Source of the DNA: Felis catus
Taxonomy: Eukaryota
Reading direction: 5' to 3'
DNA length: 64,000 nt
Assembly (NCBI RefSeq): GCF_018350175.1
Contig: NC_058368.1
Span: 157,916,001-157,980,000 of the forward strand
The notes below the pieces were generated by a model. That model was given only the letters and a program-made list of their open reading frames with translations. It was not told the origin of the DNA and did no database searches. A program made the translations under genes and the position numbers. Shown here in pieces: positions 1 through 14,307 of the stretch. Each line of letters begins with the position of its first letter. Position 1 is the stretch's first letter.

Positions 1-240
1 TCTCTCCCTATCACCTGCCAAGATGCTTCGTCTAATAGTAAAGTTCACTTCTGTTGACTGACTTTTTTAATTATGTCTCTTCAACCCATTTCTTCTAGTG
101 CTGCTGCTTCAGCTCAGCTCCTCATCCTTTCTTTCTCAATCTATTGCAATAATCTTCCTTCTTTCCTTCCTTCCTTTCTTCCGTCCCTCCTTCCTCTCTC
201 CCTTCATCTCTTTTTCTTTCTTTCTTTCTTTCTTTCTTTC

Positions 241-345
241 ATCTTTCTATTTAAATCCAAGTTAGTTAACATATGGTGTAGTAATGGTTTCTGGAGTAGA
301 AGTTAGTGATTCATCACTTACATATAATACCCAGTGCTCATCACA
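241..345 (-). mobile_element. L1 3'-end fragment (carnivore L1), with a CT-rich tail at ~155-240
   Basis: gttaacatatggtgtag...gattcatcacttacatataatacccagtgctcatcaca resembles the L1 3' end and also the copy at 24165-24260. Confidence 0.7.
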
Positions 346-693
346 TTTAAAATAGAAAGATGAAAGAAAGAAAGATAGAAAGAAAGAGAGAAAAACATAT
401 TTTTTTTCTTTTTCCAGCATCTGGCTCGTTATCTAGCACACAGTAGATTCCCAGTGAATATTATTCAGATGAATGAAGGAATCTATGATCTGTTGAAATT
501 CCTTCAAGTTACGTTCTTATATAATTCATGATTTTATACTTACATTCAGTTTGATCCAAAAGTCAAGGGCCAATTTGATGCCCAACCAGTGTTTTTGTCA
601 GCCTGCCTATGAGCCTGCTCTTTCTCTGAAACAGCTGAGAATGAGGTAGAAGAGAAGCATTCATCCTGTTGTAACAATAGTGTGTCATCCAAC

Positions 694-953
694 GCAGCTT
701 AGTATAATGGGTAAAGCAACAGTTTTGGAGTGAAACTGACCTCAGTTTAAATTTTGATTTTACCCCTTATTCCATGTGTGACTTTGGGCGAGGTTCACTG
801 ATTTTTCTGAGCCTCAAAGTTGTCATCTGTAAATGGCAATAATGGTAACACTTGCCTTCCAAAGTTATTATGAAGATTAAATCAGGTAACATTTATAAAA
901 CACTTAATCATAATCCTCGGCATCTAGTAAATTCTCAGTAAATGACAGCTGTT
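694..953 (+). mobile_element. MIR SINE, near full length
   Basis: MIR core tgtgtgactttgggcgagg...ctgagcctca...catctgtaaatgg; 3' end tagtaaattctcagtaaatgacagct. Confidence 0.8.
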
Positions 954-2761
954 ATAGTTATCAGTCCTTTTATTATATAAGCCTCTGTAGTGTATAAGTG
1001 GGGAAGGAAGTGTGTAACTGCTTTCCTGTCATCAAGGGGCTTCTTTTTTCAAAGATAAGTGTACTACCAGGGTTCTTAATCCAAACCTGAGAACATAGGC
1101 AACTATTTCAGTAACTGTTTTCTCAATTGTCCCAAGGATGGGTACTAACTAGTGCCATGCTTTGCCTAGGAGAGATGTCAATTCATTATACAAAGTATGC
1201 CTTAGGGCGTTAATTCTTTTTCTTTGAGAATGGTACAGTGATTCCCACATTCTGGCCTAAACTTAGTGGGTTCAGGCAGGAAAAGTATTTCTAGAAACAG
1301 GTATGAAGTTTATAAGACATTTAGGGACAAACAAAATAAAAGAGAAAGTTTTCTTTATATGGATCCCTTTAACTGCTTTGTGCCTCTAAGGGAGAGGAAA
1401 CAATTTTGTGGTCAAAAGCCCACTGAACTACAAGTTGGAAGACTGATTTAACAACTTACTCCAGGAATAACTAAGGATGGTTGCTTACATAGGTACGGAG
1501 AGCTTCTATATCTTTATGATGAGGATAAGACCCATCCTGTTGACCCTACCAATTCTTGAGCATTTTAAATCACATCACATACTTGAAAGTATACAGTTTG
1601 TAAAGTGCTATACAGACCTAAGTTATTATGAAGATGATCATTCTGCTTTACTGCCATCCTGCTTCCTTCACCAGATGACACTAATCAGCCCGGAAGTCTA
1701 TGAGCAACTCAACTGTTTCAGAAGTGAGGAAATGAGTGGCTTTAGTTAAAATTGCCCAACTTTTATCTGGTCTTTTCCTGTCTTTCGTTCTTGTGCTGCT
1801 GAGCTTCCCTTGGCCTTTTTATTGACTATTAAAGATTTATTCATGTGATACCAATTTCTATTTCTAACTGCTTTTCTGAAAATTGTTAAAAACTCAAAGC
1901 ATCTGTCATCTCTGTCAGGCCACTTAACCAACCTCTCAGACCACAGGGAATAGCCCAGAAAGCCTAGATGAGTCTTTTAATGTGCTGAATGGAGTCATCT
2001 TTTGATTTGTCTTTGCAGGTTGGAAACATGAGTGAATTTCGCTATTATTTCCTTTTTTTTGGATGTGAAATACCTACTTTAAAAAATGGAGTCTTTATTT
2101 GCTACTAGATTTCTCTTCTGGACATTTGTGTACTTCTCTATTCAGAGCATCAGAAACCAAGGTAGATTCCAGGCCAATTATCTTAATGGAGAGCAAGTTA
2201 ACATTTTATCAATGTTTATCACTAACCCACTACTGGAGAAAAAGTTATATTACCTCCAACAGCATTCCAAACCCTCTAACTTAAGACTAGAGTTAGCTTT
2301 TACCTATACCCAGAAATAATTTGGTTCTCTATTTCTAGCCAAATTGTTCTATATGCACTAACTCTCAAACATGCCATTTTCTGCTCCTTCTTTTTTGCTT
2401 CTCCTGGCTCTCCTCTTGGTACCCTTTACCTTTTCTCTCTCACTGTGGTAAGATGAAACCAAACAAGAAGCCATCAATTAAAACTCTGCCTCCTTAATGT
2501 TTCCTCGTTCCCCCCATCCCATTTGAGATCCTTTTTCTCTTTCCCCAATACTAATTATTGATCATGTTATACATTTTAGGAATTGTTGCTAAAAGCCTAT
2601 CTGTATTTTATTTGGTAACTTCTAAAAATAGCTTCATGAGTTCTTTTTCTCCAACCCAAATGGTAAGAACAATATCTTATTGGTACAGAATTTTACCTAG
2701 ACTTGTAATTATTATCCAAATTTATTATTATTACTATTTACTTTACATTATTAATAATATA

Positions 2762-2973
2762 TTTTTTAAATTTTTTAATGATTATTTATTTTTGAGAGAG
2801 AGAGACAGAGGCAAGCAGGGGAGGGGCAGAGAGAGAGGGAGACACAGAACCCGAAGCAGGCTCCAAGCCCTGAGCTGTCCACACAGAGCCTGATGTGGGC
2901 TCGAACCCACAAACTGTGAGATCATGAACTGAGTCAAAGTTTGGCACTTAACCGACTGAGACACCCAGGTGCT
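2762..2973 (-). mobile_element. CanSINE (SINEC_Fc-like)
   Basis: Reverse-orientation tRNA-derived head, (CT)n region and A-tail. Confidence 0.9.
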
Positions 2974-3589
2974 GTATTATTAATATTATTATTAATAATA
3001 CCCATGGATTCACTGATAATAACTGAGGGTCCAGTGGAGAGTATGAATTCTCCTTGGACTCACACCTGTGGGGGTACAACTGGCCTCACTATTGCACTAA
3101 TAGGAGAAATGTTCAGAAACAATGTGACAACATGTGTATGATTAAATTGGTGAAAGCTGTGAATTTTAAAATTGTATGAATGTCAGCATATTATCTCTTT
3201 TAATATTTTGACTCAACCACAAAGCTTTCTCTCATTAGGTGACTTCAACTTATTATGAAACGGAATCAATCCCCTTCTGGCTCCCTCAGGAAAAACCTGA
3301 ACAAACAGATGGGCCTTCCTTGGAATGTCGACCAACAAGAACCCTGCGTCTGCTGACGGAGGTTGTAAATTTTACTGGTGGCCCCTCTAGAACATAGGCT
3401 CCACTGCCTAGTTACCCTGGGGAGCTGCAGTTAAAAATAACAAAGCCAGAGCCTATCTTTATTGTGCTGTTGCCCTTCTTTAAGAGGCCCAGTAACCAGA
3501 AATGCTAACACTGTAAGTTGAGGTCTAGTCTTCATGCCCCTGAAATTTTCTGCTCCCAACAATAGCTGCAGTGGTTACTGTCAAGGTTT

Positions 3590-4885
3590 AACAATTTCAA
3601 CTACATCAAACTAAAAAGCTTCTGCACAGTAAAGGAAAACTATCAATGGAATGAAAAGGCAACCCACAGAATGTGAGAAAATATTTGTAAATCATGTATG
3701 TGATAAGGAGCTCATATCCCTAATACATAAAGAACTCATACAACTCAATAGCAAAAAAAAAAAAAACCCAAAAAAACAAAAACAAAAAACAAAACAAAAC
3801 AAAAAAACCATGTAATTAAAAACTAGGCAGGAGAACTGAATAGAAATTCTTTCAAAGAAAACACGTACCTAGTAGTAAGTGACCACTAGGTGTTATGATA
3901 AAGTGCTCAACATCACTAATTATCAAGAAAATACAAATCAAACCTGAAATCAGATATCACTTTACACTTGTCAGAATGACTATCATCAAAAAGACAAGAG
4001 ATAACAACTACTGACAAGGATGTGGAGAAAAGGGAACTCTTGTACACTGCTCCCAGGAATATACATTGGTACAACCATTATGGAAAACAATATGGAGTTT
4101 CCTCAAAGAATTAAAAATAGAACTACTATAAGATCCAGCAACCCCAATACTTCTGGGTATTTTCCAAATGAAATCACTGTCTCAAAAAGACATGTTATCC
4201 CTATGTTTGTTGCAGCATTGTTGACAGTCGCTAAGACGTGGAAACAACCTAAATGTGCATCCACAGATATAAATGGACAAATTATGTTTATATATAATAT
4301 ATTGTATATAAATATTATATTAATATTAAATATAAACATAATATATATAAATGTTATATTTATTATATATATGTATATTTCATGGTATAGTATTCAGCCA
4401 TTAAAAAAGGAAATCCTGCCATTTGCAAAAACATAGATGGATCTTGAGGGCATTAGTCTAAGTTAAATAAGTCAGGAAAAGACAAATACTATATGATCTC
4501 ATTTATATGTGGAATTCAAAAACACCAAACTTATAGATAGAAGACTGGTTGTTGCCAGAGGCAGCAGGGCATGGGGGAAGAATAGGGGAAGAAGGTCAAA
4601 AGGTACAAACTTCTAGTTATAAGATAAATAAGTCCTGGGGATGTAATGTATAACGTGCTGATCATAGTTAAGAATATTGCATTGTGTGCTTGAAAGTTGC
4701 TAAGAGAGTAAATCTGAGAAGTTCTTATGACAAGAAATAAAATACTGAAGGTACATGAAGTGATGGATATTAACTGAACTTAACTACATAGTTGTTTTGT
4801 AGTATATACACATATCAAATTATTATGTCATATACTTTGGACTAATACAGTGTTCTATGTTAGTTATATTTCTAGAAAACTGGGG
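3590..4885 (+). mobile_element. L1 (L1MA-like): degenerate ORF2 C-terminus plus 3' UTR
   Basis: ctacatcaaactaaaaagcttctgcacag...ggaaacaacctaaatgt..., followed by the 3' UTR motif aagagagtaaatct. Contains frameshifts and stops. Confidence 0.9.
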
Positions 4886-5185
4886 CAGCAGAAGCTACCC
4901 AATACTTGAAATTTTTCTATTTGGAAAATGATCTTTTTAATTGATAAATTCTCTAAGGGAAACCTAGGAACTTTGAGTTACAAAATAATTTAAATACAAA
5001 ATTTATAAAGGTAATTGATTTTACCTTGGATTGGTAGGAGATGAAGACGTTCCCTAGTCTTACCACATGGATAAGACTTATTAGGGAGGAACCAAGAAAC
5101 TCCTTGCTTGGGAGAGGCTGAGCAGCCTGGCCAAATGCTTCTTTCATCCATTCCTAAACTTATAAGAAATTGTAAACTAACTTTT

Positions 5186-5403
5186 TTTTAAAATTTTTTT
5201 TTCAACGTTTATTTATTTTTGGGACAGAGAGAGACAGAGCATGAACGGGGGAGGGTCAGAGAGAGAGGGAGACACAAAATCGGAAACAGGCTCCAGGCTC
5301 TGAGCCATCAGCCCAGAGCCTGAGCGGGGCTCGAACTCCGGGACCGCGAGATCGTGACCTGGCTGAAGTCGGACGCTTAACCGACTGCGCCACCCAGGCG
5401 CCC
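5186..5403 (-). mobile_element. Young felid CanSINE (SINEC_Fc type)
   Basis: CpG-rich and close to consensus. Perfect 15-bp TSD tgtaaactaactttt at 5171-5185 and 5404-5418. Confidence 0.95.
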
Positions 5404-8400
5404 TGTAAACTAACTTTTAAATTCTAATAGCTGTCAAACTTCCTTTACATAGAATAATCTTATGCCAACTCCTCCTATTTTTAGTGTTGAATATTATTAA
5501 TTATAGAAAAGTTGATCATGTAAATGGATTAGAAATAACCTATATAGCCAGCAATTGGATATTAGTTATGGTATATCCAGACTAAAAAAAAAAAAAAACA
5601 AAAAAAAAAAACTAACAATTTCACAGATGATGCCAATGATCCAGAAGCCTTTCTTTGTTCACAAATAATTTCTAAGGTAATGGCTATTCCCTATTTATTG
5701 AAGAATTTCTCTATTCCTTTAAGATCAATCCCAAGAAACACTGCAAATATCCCATTAGCCAGCAACCTGTGCTTTGTGGAAAATAGGCTCTGGACAGAGA
5801 TTTGTTAAACTGAATTCTGTAAAAAGCATAACTCTGTTTCCTGAGTTACTTTAAGAGAGATCTTGAAATTTTAACATTTCTTTCTTTTTAAAGCACTTTT
5901 ATAATCATTAAGAATGGGCCAACTTGATTTCACAGTAATTTACCCATCTCTTGTCTTTTTCGCTAGAGTCTTAATCATTTCTGTCAAAGAAAGATGAGTC
6001 AGGAACACCTTGCTAATGCCAAAATAGCTAGAATGTCCTGGCTCGGCAGGCATTCTGTATACTAGGTTGCACCATATGACATTGCCAATATTTGACCATA
6101 GTAGTATTATATGGTTGAAACTAAGACCTCTTTTCTTCCCATGTCTGGTAAGCATTATCTGGGATTTCAGATGTGGATAGAAGAGAAGCTCTTCCTCTGT
6201 CTTTTCCTTATTACTGTGCCAACAAGGAAGCAGAGAGGGTTAGTGTCGGCTTGCCTTTCTCAGCTTAGTAAATACAGAGTGAATGTGGTGGTGTCTCCAG
6301 GGGGCTTTACGTTATGGACGAATGTGCCAATTTTGGATTTTTAATTGCCATATCTTTTCAATAGCTCATCATTTTATTGTTGCTACTTCTCACCCCTGTC
6401 CTCCCCAGTTCCCTTTCAGTTTATTGGCCTCTGTACTTTTAGAAGGCAATCAAAACCATTCGCTTTTAAGAAGCCGCTAACAATCAACATATGGCTTCAC
6501 TCATTCCGTAGCTTCACTTGATAGAGTCATGAAGGATTTTCCTTTCAGACAAAGCTAATTGAAATAATATGTGGCAGGAGTCTTGGAAATCTAGTTTGTG
6601 AATATCCAAAAATCCTTTTATTATATAATAACAACAAATGTAGTACACCTTGTATTCTGCACACAGGATTCCCTTATTCCGGGGAAGTGGCCCATTATTT
6701 ATGGGTGTGTGGATCCTGGAGTGACTTTGGGGAGAGGTAAAAAACCGATAGATGCTTAGCATTGGTGGAGGAATAAGGACAGCAATAACTTCTGTGCCTG
6801 TTTTCTGTCACTCTGATCCATGCCCGTTTATTGCTTCCTATGATTCTCTGCCTGTGGCAATAATAAAATACGAGATCAGGAAGTGACCTTAAAAGTCATC
6901 TAAGGCTGCGGTTATTGACACTTGCAAATCAGATGAAAATAATGGGTTCTCTATCCAGAAAAGTGAAGTTACATATTCATCACAATTAGGGGAATTTTAT
7001 TTTAGAAGTTTTAGGTAGTTCTTACATAACCTGTGGAGTCTGGTGAATATTCCATGACTCAGGAGTCCTGCCATCTTTTTTATACACGGGAAAACTGAGG
7101 ACCAGGCAGATGTAGTGACTTCTCCCAGAATATAAAACCTTCAGCCACAAATTGGAGAGAGACTAACACTCAGTTCTAGTATCTCCACTTCCAGTTCTCT
7201 TCTCTTTTCTTGTCAGATTATTTGCTTCATTGTCATTCCCTTTCTTACATGCAGAACCCCATAAAACCAGACTGGAGAAGGAGGTAGAACAAGCTGACAG
7301 AGGGGAGTTTTGTGGGATCCCCACTTCAAAAGCAAGCAGCCAGGAAAGGCAGGCAGAGATTATACCAAAAGCATTAATAAACTTGGTCAGTTTATTGAGA
7401 AAAATTCAATTGCTTTAGACAAAATACCAAATCACTCATGTTTTTATTTTTCAGTTGGATCAGCTCATGCCCTATCGCAGCCTTATTCTCTTTATTTCTA
7501 CATATTCACCAGCAGTGAAGTAGATCTAATTCTTCTTGCTTTTATTAATTTTCTTTTGAAAGAAACTACCTAAAACAAAGGCTGTACTTTAAGGAAATTG
7601 TTGCTTTGACAACATTATTTTCCGAATTTCAACTTTATCCTGGCACTGGACCCAGTTAATATCTCTGCCTGGTTGGGTTTATAGACAGAAATGTCACCAA
7701 TTTGGAATGCTTTCCAATGCACAGATCACTATGCATTAAATCCTCCTCTAACTGGTTTTGCATTTCTGGTCAGAAATGAAGAGGAAAGATGCACGTATAA
7801 CCATTTGTGGGCCAAAGTCTATCTTATATCACCTATGCAAATTAATGTGGCCTTCGTATTTAGCATTCATCATGTCATTGGAAGGTGGGACAGTTACTCC
7901 TTACGCTTTGTTCTTTTTTTTTTTTTTTTTTTTTTTTTTGTAGGAGGCCTTTGTTAGTTACCAGAAGCCCTTCATAGGTCTCCTAACCACCATTTCTGTA
8001 AGTGACCTGGAGTCCCCCAACTGTTAAATGGGAAAACAAAATACTCCTGTCTGAGGAGTTTAAACAAGAGATCAAGAAAGAGCCCCCCAAAGACAAAACG
8101 AAAGAAAAACAAACCTCCAGGATGTCTACACAGGGTAGGAAGATTCACACTGTTTATTATAACATGATGCGTCAAACTGTGCGTTTTTTTCTCAAGGCTT
8201 ACAGTGAGACACAGCTGACCGCAGCTGACACTGCTCGTTGTTTGGGAAGCTCCCCTGTTAGCATTTCCCAGATTTCAGGCTGTTTTATAACACCTTCATT
8301 ATTTTTGTCAGGATAATTTTCTCTAAATTGACTCAAACTTTTTTTTTTTAACTTGAGTAAAATTTTTTATCATAAGGGGAAAATTAGTATTGCTTATTAT

Positions 8401-11069
8401 AATTAGTATGTGACTGTAAAAATAAGCATATAACTATTAAAATAAGAATTTATCATGTGGCCTTAAAGTCATTTTGCGTGCAGAATATTTTTACCTTCCT
8501 TCTTCAAGCCCTGGTCTTAGAGATCTTTGAGACTAAATTCTGGCTTATAGGTCCTGACTTGGGGATGGCCTAAGGATAGGAACTCTAGGAATTCAAAGCA
8601 ATGGAGTGGTTTTATTTCTAGGTGCAAATCAGGGGAAGGATAATTGACAAAATTAACTGGCTCACACAGCAAACTGATGTGGGCATTGGCTGGCTGCACC
8701 CAGCCTGTCTTCTCCTTCCCCACCTAACTTGGTCTCCTGACTTGGACCCCATCTGTGCTGTCAGCTTCTGCCACGTGGTTTCCTTTTGGTCACCGGCACT
8801 CACGCTCATGGTGTGGATTTCTACTTTGGTCCATGTTGTTTGCCCTTCCTCTCCTGAAGGACCTGGTGCTTGGGCTGCCAATTTTATAAGGGAAGCCCTA
8901 GTCTTTTTATAGCTTCTCTCCTTGCATTCCTTGATTCCATTAATGTCCCATCAGCTAAGTACAGAGTGCTGCTTCCCCACCCCTGCCTCAGCATGAAGTA
9001 GTGAGTGGCCAGTTAACAGGAGGCAGGAGCGCAGGGTTCCTTTGCCTCTGTCAGCACTTCCTGAACTCAGTGTGTGTCCACGTTACAGTGACCTGTACAG
9101 GGTGTTCTCGGTGGGGATTTTAATACAGAGAGGCATTTTCTGTTTTCTGCAGTCAGATGAGAAGCTGTATGTTTGGAAAAGGAGCTTGGAAAAACAAAAA
9201 CCAGAATGATCAGGCGTTTCTTACTGATTTAGATTCCCTAGGTTCACCTGAGTTCCCTTCATGTAAGTGAACTGGGGGAAAGGAATGGGAGGCACAGGGC
9301 CTTTTCTGCTCTCTGAGTCTGCAGTTCCCTCCTTTCTCCCTGTGCGTTGCACAGCTAAGACCTGCATCTGCCTGGTTCTGGCAAGGGCAGCCTCCCAGCC
9401 ATCAGGTGAGGCCTGGGACCAGGTCCAAAGCCTTTGTCCTGCTGCCAGAGGTCAGCTGTGAGAAGGAAGCTAGACTGCCCAAGCTGGTCTTACCTTCTGT
9501 GGTAAGACTTGAAGTCAGGACAGAGTCTGTGGTGCAATAGCGGTGGGTAAGGGGGTGTCACTCCAGATGGGTGCTGGAAAGGGCAGACAGAATGAGAGAA
9601 AACAGGCTGAAGTTCTGCTATGCTGCGTGGCCTGAGATACAACCTTTAGCTTCTCTGAGCTTTGTCATCTATAAATATATGTATGGAAGAGAGACACAAA
9701 GTCGAGATTAGAGAGTTCAGCAGGTCTCTTCCGATGTTAACATTCTTTGATTTCATGAGTCTAAAGACTCTGCATTTAAAAGGGGATTTTATATGTCTCA
9801 AACTATCAATTCAACATTCATTCCATACATATTCTCCTTACTATTTGCAAACTTTCTGCTTTATCAAGAAAACAGAGGGATTTTAGAATAAAGGTTCTCC
9901 ATGATATTCAAGTGCAAGAAATGTCATATGCACTTTCTAAAAAAAAATTAAGTTCAAAAATCTCTCTCAAGAGTGGCAGTGCTCAGCAGCAGTCATTATT
10001 GGAACCCCTTCTCTCTAGGGGCTATCAGGCATCCCAGAAGGATTGCTCAGCAAAATTTGAGGACAGACATTCCTTCTGCAGCCTATCATGGTCACCGCTT
10101 AGTTGTTTATTATCTGGGCCAGACTCCATTCTATGGCTAGAGTCTCTAATCCCCAAGGCAACCCACCCTGCTCCATCTCTGGCCCAATTCAACAATGGTG
10201 GCCCAAGTCTCACAACTGGGGAGCTCAGGACCCCTTACAACCATATGTCACCTCTTCAGAGATCCTGCGATGCTTCAGGGAAGGGCCTGGCCGTCAGTCA
10301 CTTGCACAACTTGCTACCACTAGCCCCTTTTTCTATTCCAAAAATGTCACCCCTAGGGTCTTGTCACCCACCCTCTTCAACCTCAATACCACGTCTACCT
10401 CCACTTCCTTACGTATGAACCTAGTCATGTGGAAGTTTAATGACCATTTGTAGAATCTCAGTTAAATAGCAACTTCAAAGGAAAGCCTGTGAAGGAAGCT
10501 TGCCATCCTGGTATCCCAGAAACTCACTTTCTGCCCAAGAAGCACAAAAGTCATTCTAGCCCTTCCAGGCAAGACCAGGAAAACACAACACAAAGCCTGA
10601 CTTGTTCATTCATTGGAGACTACTACAGTAATAAGAGTAAGAAAAAAAAAATTCTCAATAAATTGTCCTGCTAATGAGGCAACTGAGCCTGAGCTCCTTT
10701 AATTTCTTGCCTTCTCCATACCCCTCATTACCTTTCTCCAGTCTGAGAAGATGCGGTCCCCCTTTTTGTTCTGAGCCCACCACTTAATACTTGCCCAAAT
10801 CAGGCTCCACAGTCAACCTCCCTCTTGAAACTTCATCCTATCCTCTTGCACAAGTGTGTTCCCTTCAGAATACAAGCTTATTCGGCTTCCATTCACTGGA
10901 AAATAAATCTACCTTTGGCCTCATGTCCCTTGGAAAGTGTCACACATTTTCTTTCCTCTCATCCAAATTTCTTAAGAGTAATCTGAACTCAATGTGACCA
11001 CTTTATGAGCCATGCATTCACTCTGCACCTCCTGAAACCTGGCATCTTCTCCTAAGGCCACCACTATTC

Positions 11070-11930
11070 TTGTAATTACAAAATTCAGTGGCCATGTTTT
11101 TCTTTGTATTGCTATACATTTAGGGAGCATTTGGCAATGTTGGCTATGTGCAGCACTGTCCCCCAAAGTAATATATTTTCCCAGTTTCTCTTGTTTCTGT
11201 TCCTTTTCCTCCATAGGCTCCTGTCTCTACCCACCACTTACATACTCACGTTTCCAGGCGTCTGTTTTCAGATCACTTTCAGCGTCACTTTCAGCTCACA
11301 ATAGTGAGAAGAGTCTCACTATTGACATTCTTATTGGGTGAATTTATCCACTCTCAGGGGTTCAACTACCACCTGTATGCTAATGACTTTCTAATTTAAT
11401 CCCCAACTCAGATTTCTTCCCCAAACTTCAGACTCACCAATTCTGTTACCTGTCAGGCTTGTTCACTTGGGTTCTCTTTAGATATTTCAGATTTGATTTC
11501 ACAAAATCTAAGTAGCACTTGCCTCTAACCTCAATTTTTATTTGTTGTTCCACCTGTCTTTACTCAGTGACCAGGGTCATAAAATGTTAGCTGGGATTTT
11601 TCTTTCTTCCTTACCCACTTCATCCAACTGAGCATTACAGCCTCATAGTTTCTTCTCCTCTGGGTTTCTCAAAACCATCTCTCCAGGCCACTCCCACCAT
11701 TGCCATCCTATGTCAAATGTAATTTCTCTTGCGTGGAATTAATAAACAGCCTCCTAACTGGTATCCTGGTTTCTAACCTTGCTCCCCTCCATTCTGCTCT
11801 TAGCAGAGCTACTCAAATGACCCATATAAATCACAAATCTGAGCCTGTCCCTCTCTGCTAAGCCATTCCATGGCTTCCTGGATTCCACATGAGGAAGTGC
11901 AACTTCCTTTCCAGGCATGCATGGCTATTC
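11070..11930 (+). mobile_element. L2 LINE remnant
   Basis: L2-like motifs ttcaactaccacctgtatgctaatgact and cagcctcctaactggt. Boundaries approximate. Confidence 0.6.
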
Positions 11931-12962
11931 TTGCCTACTTCCTAGGCCTTGGCTCCTAATGTTTGGATTCCAGCAATACTCAGCTGACGGTAGTTCTGTG
12001 CACTCATCTCATTCTCCCTTTTTATTTTACTTCTGCTTTTAAAATTAAATGTTTTACTTCAGAGTGTTAGGTTGGTCTTATAAGGGAAGTTTCAAGTTCA
12101 TTTTATTTAAATATTAGAGCCTTTGATTTTGGGGAAGGAGGAAAGAAGAGAAAAGGCCAAAGCTACATACCTATTTCAATGTCTTTCTCTCCTACACAGG
12201 CAAAAAGGGTACAGGACCTAAGATATTTGTGTGTCCTGTTTGATTTAAAGCTCTTAATAAGTATGTCAAACATTTTAGGTTTTCACTCCTGGGAGTTCTT
12301 TAAACTCCAGAGAATCTGTTATGAAGAGTGCACTGCCCTCTAGAGGTGGCTTCCCAGGAAGGAACATACCAAATGCAAAAGATTAAAATATTCTGCAGTT
12401 TCTCACGTAAAGCAAATTTTATAGTAAGACCTTTACTATTACTGCCATTTGTCCAAAATGTGCTTTTCCAGATAACTAATTATGATTCACAAATATTTGA
12501 TCAATTTCAGTAATAATGTTTGGGGAGAAAATACACGGTGCACCTCAGAGCCCTGGATTTGGAGTTGAGGAGTTCAAGTTCTAGTCCTGGTTCTGTCATT
12601 AACGTCTGCAAACTTAGATCTCTCATCTGTTAATCAAGGTGTGCAAGACCCTATCCACAAAATGAATTATCAGAAAGCATATTTGGGGAATAAATTGGAA
12701 CATAAATATCAGGAAGTGTTAATCATACACTAAATATATGCAAGACACTAGGCTCAGAGATGTTTTGCAGTAGTTATAGATTTACATTTCATCTTTAGAA
12801 AGTTAAAAGCATTTGAAAAGAAATTTGGAAGACATTGGAGTTTCAATTTATATAGAGGATGTTAGCCCTGAGACCATGAAAACCTGAAAATGAAACTGAG
12901 CTGTAAGTGAAACTTACTATGGGGTTTCCAAGAGTCTATTCCAGTATGAAAGCAAAAATAAA

Positions 12963-12963
<1 letters not shown>

Positions 12964-12999
<36 letters not shown>
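12964..12999. repeat. (CA)18 microsatellite
   Basis: Read directly. Confidence 0.95.
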
Positions 13000-13001
<2 letters not shown>

Positions 13002-13989
13002 CACTTTAATATGCCATTACTTTAATTTGCCACACTCCTTTAGCCTGATTTCCCCTCCCCTATTTTCAACCAAGAGAAGAAGAAGAAAGTCTTTCATTTC
13101 ATCGTAACAGCCAACTATGATCTTCTATATTTCTATGTAATAATGATTGATGACAGGTAAAATCATATTTGTTATCTTACAATGGCAATTGATTCCTTAG
13201 ATTTTCTTAGTATGTTAGAGAAAGAGACAAATAATTTGGACACCATATGTGTTCATTGTCACACTGGGAGGAAGATGTCACAAAGCCTGGAACACACACG
13301 CTGGGAGACAAGAGGTCTTCATTCCTGTGACTCTATCCATGCTTGGAGGAATCTGGGGACATCAGGCAAATCTCCTGTCATGCAGGGAACCACATCAGTG
13401 TGTAGTATGCTTATAGTACTGCTTCCATGCAGTGGAATGTTAATTCCCTCTTTGGCATCCATCTTTTCAGATGAAAGATACTGCAAAATTCACGGCTGTC
13501 CTGCTCTGTTATGAGACTGGCAACCTGAATAGACAGAATCTTTTTCAGTTACAGATCTAGATATCTTTGGACCTGATTTCTGACATCACACCAATCACTT
13601 TACCTCTCTCTTCATCAGGTTACTGTGTATAACTTTATAAACTCATGTGGGCATTATCAGAGAGATGAACCTAAGAGACTATCCCAAGCATTTTGAACAC
13701 ATGCAAGACATTAGTTCCTGAATTCTTTCTTATTATTTCATAGCTAAGGAACCCTTCAAAAATGTGTGTGTGTGTTGGTGTGTGTGTGTGGCTGTCTCAG
13801 CCTAGTCTACTCAGAATCCCTTATGGAGGCACAGTCTTGAAATGAGAAATGAAAGGAGTTAACAGACTTTACTAACAGTGTCCATATTTTTATTCTTGGA
13901 AATCGTGGCCCTACAGTTGTTAGACTGCAATCATCAAGAAATTCTCAGTACCATCTTCCAGGTACTAGGCTGAAAACACCAAAAAAGTA

Positions 13990-14020
<31 letters not shown>
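13990..14020. repeat. (TAAA)7 microsatellite
   Basis: Read directly. Confidence 0.9.
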
Positions 14021-14307
14021 GGACGTGGTTTTATCTCGCTCTTGCTTCAAATGCATTTCAAAGTTTGGTTTCAAATATTGCAAAGGTAAGAATCTGCTTG
14101 CTGCTACGTAATTCTGATTTATGGCTTAATGCTAGATGCTACCTCATGCTATTTTGTCTGCCCTCACTATGGTTTGCCTCACTTATTACTAATTTCCTTC
14201 TTCCCTCTTCCTTTATAATCTTGGTTTACTATATATTAATAGAACTTCAAATTCCACAGGGTGTGGTCGTAATGCAAGTAACTCACAGGGCTTAGCAGTA
14301 TATTTAG

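Noticed and set aside
5330..5403. tRNA-like A/B boxes
   Set aside because: Part of the tRNA-derived SINE head, not a tRNA gene. The same applies to the other SINEs.
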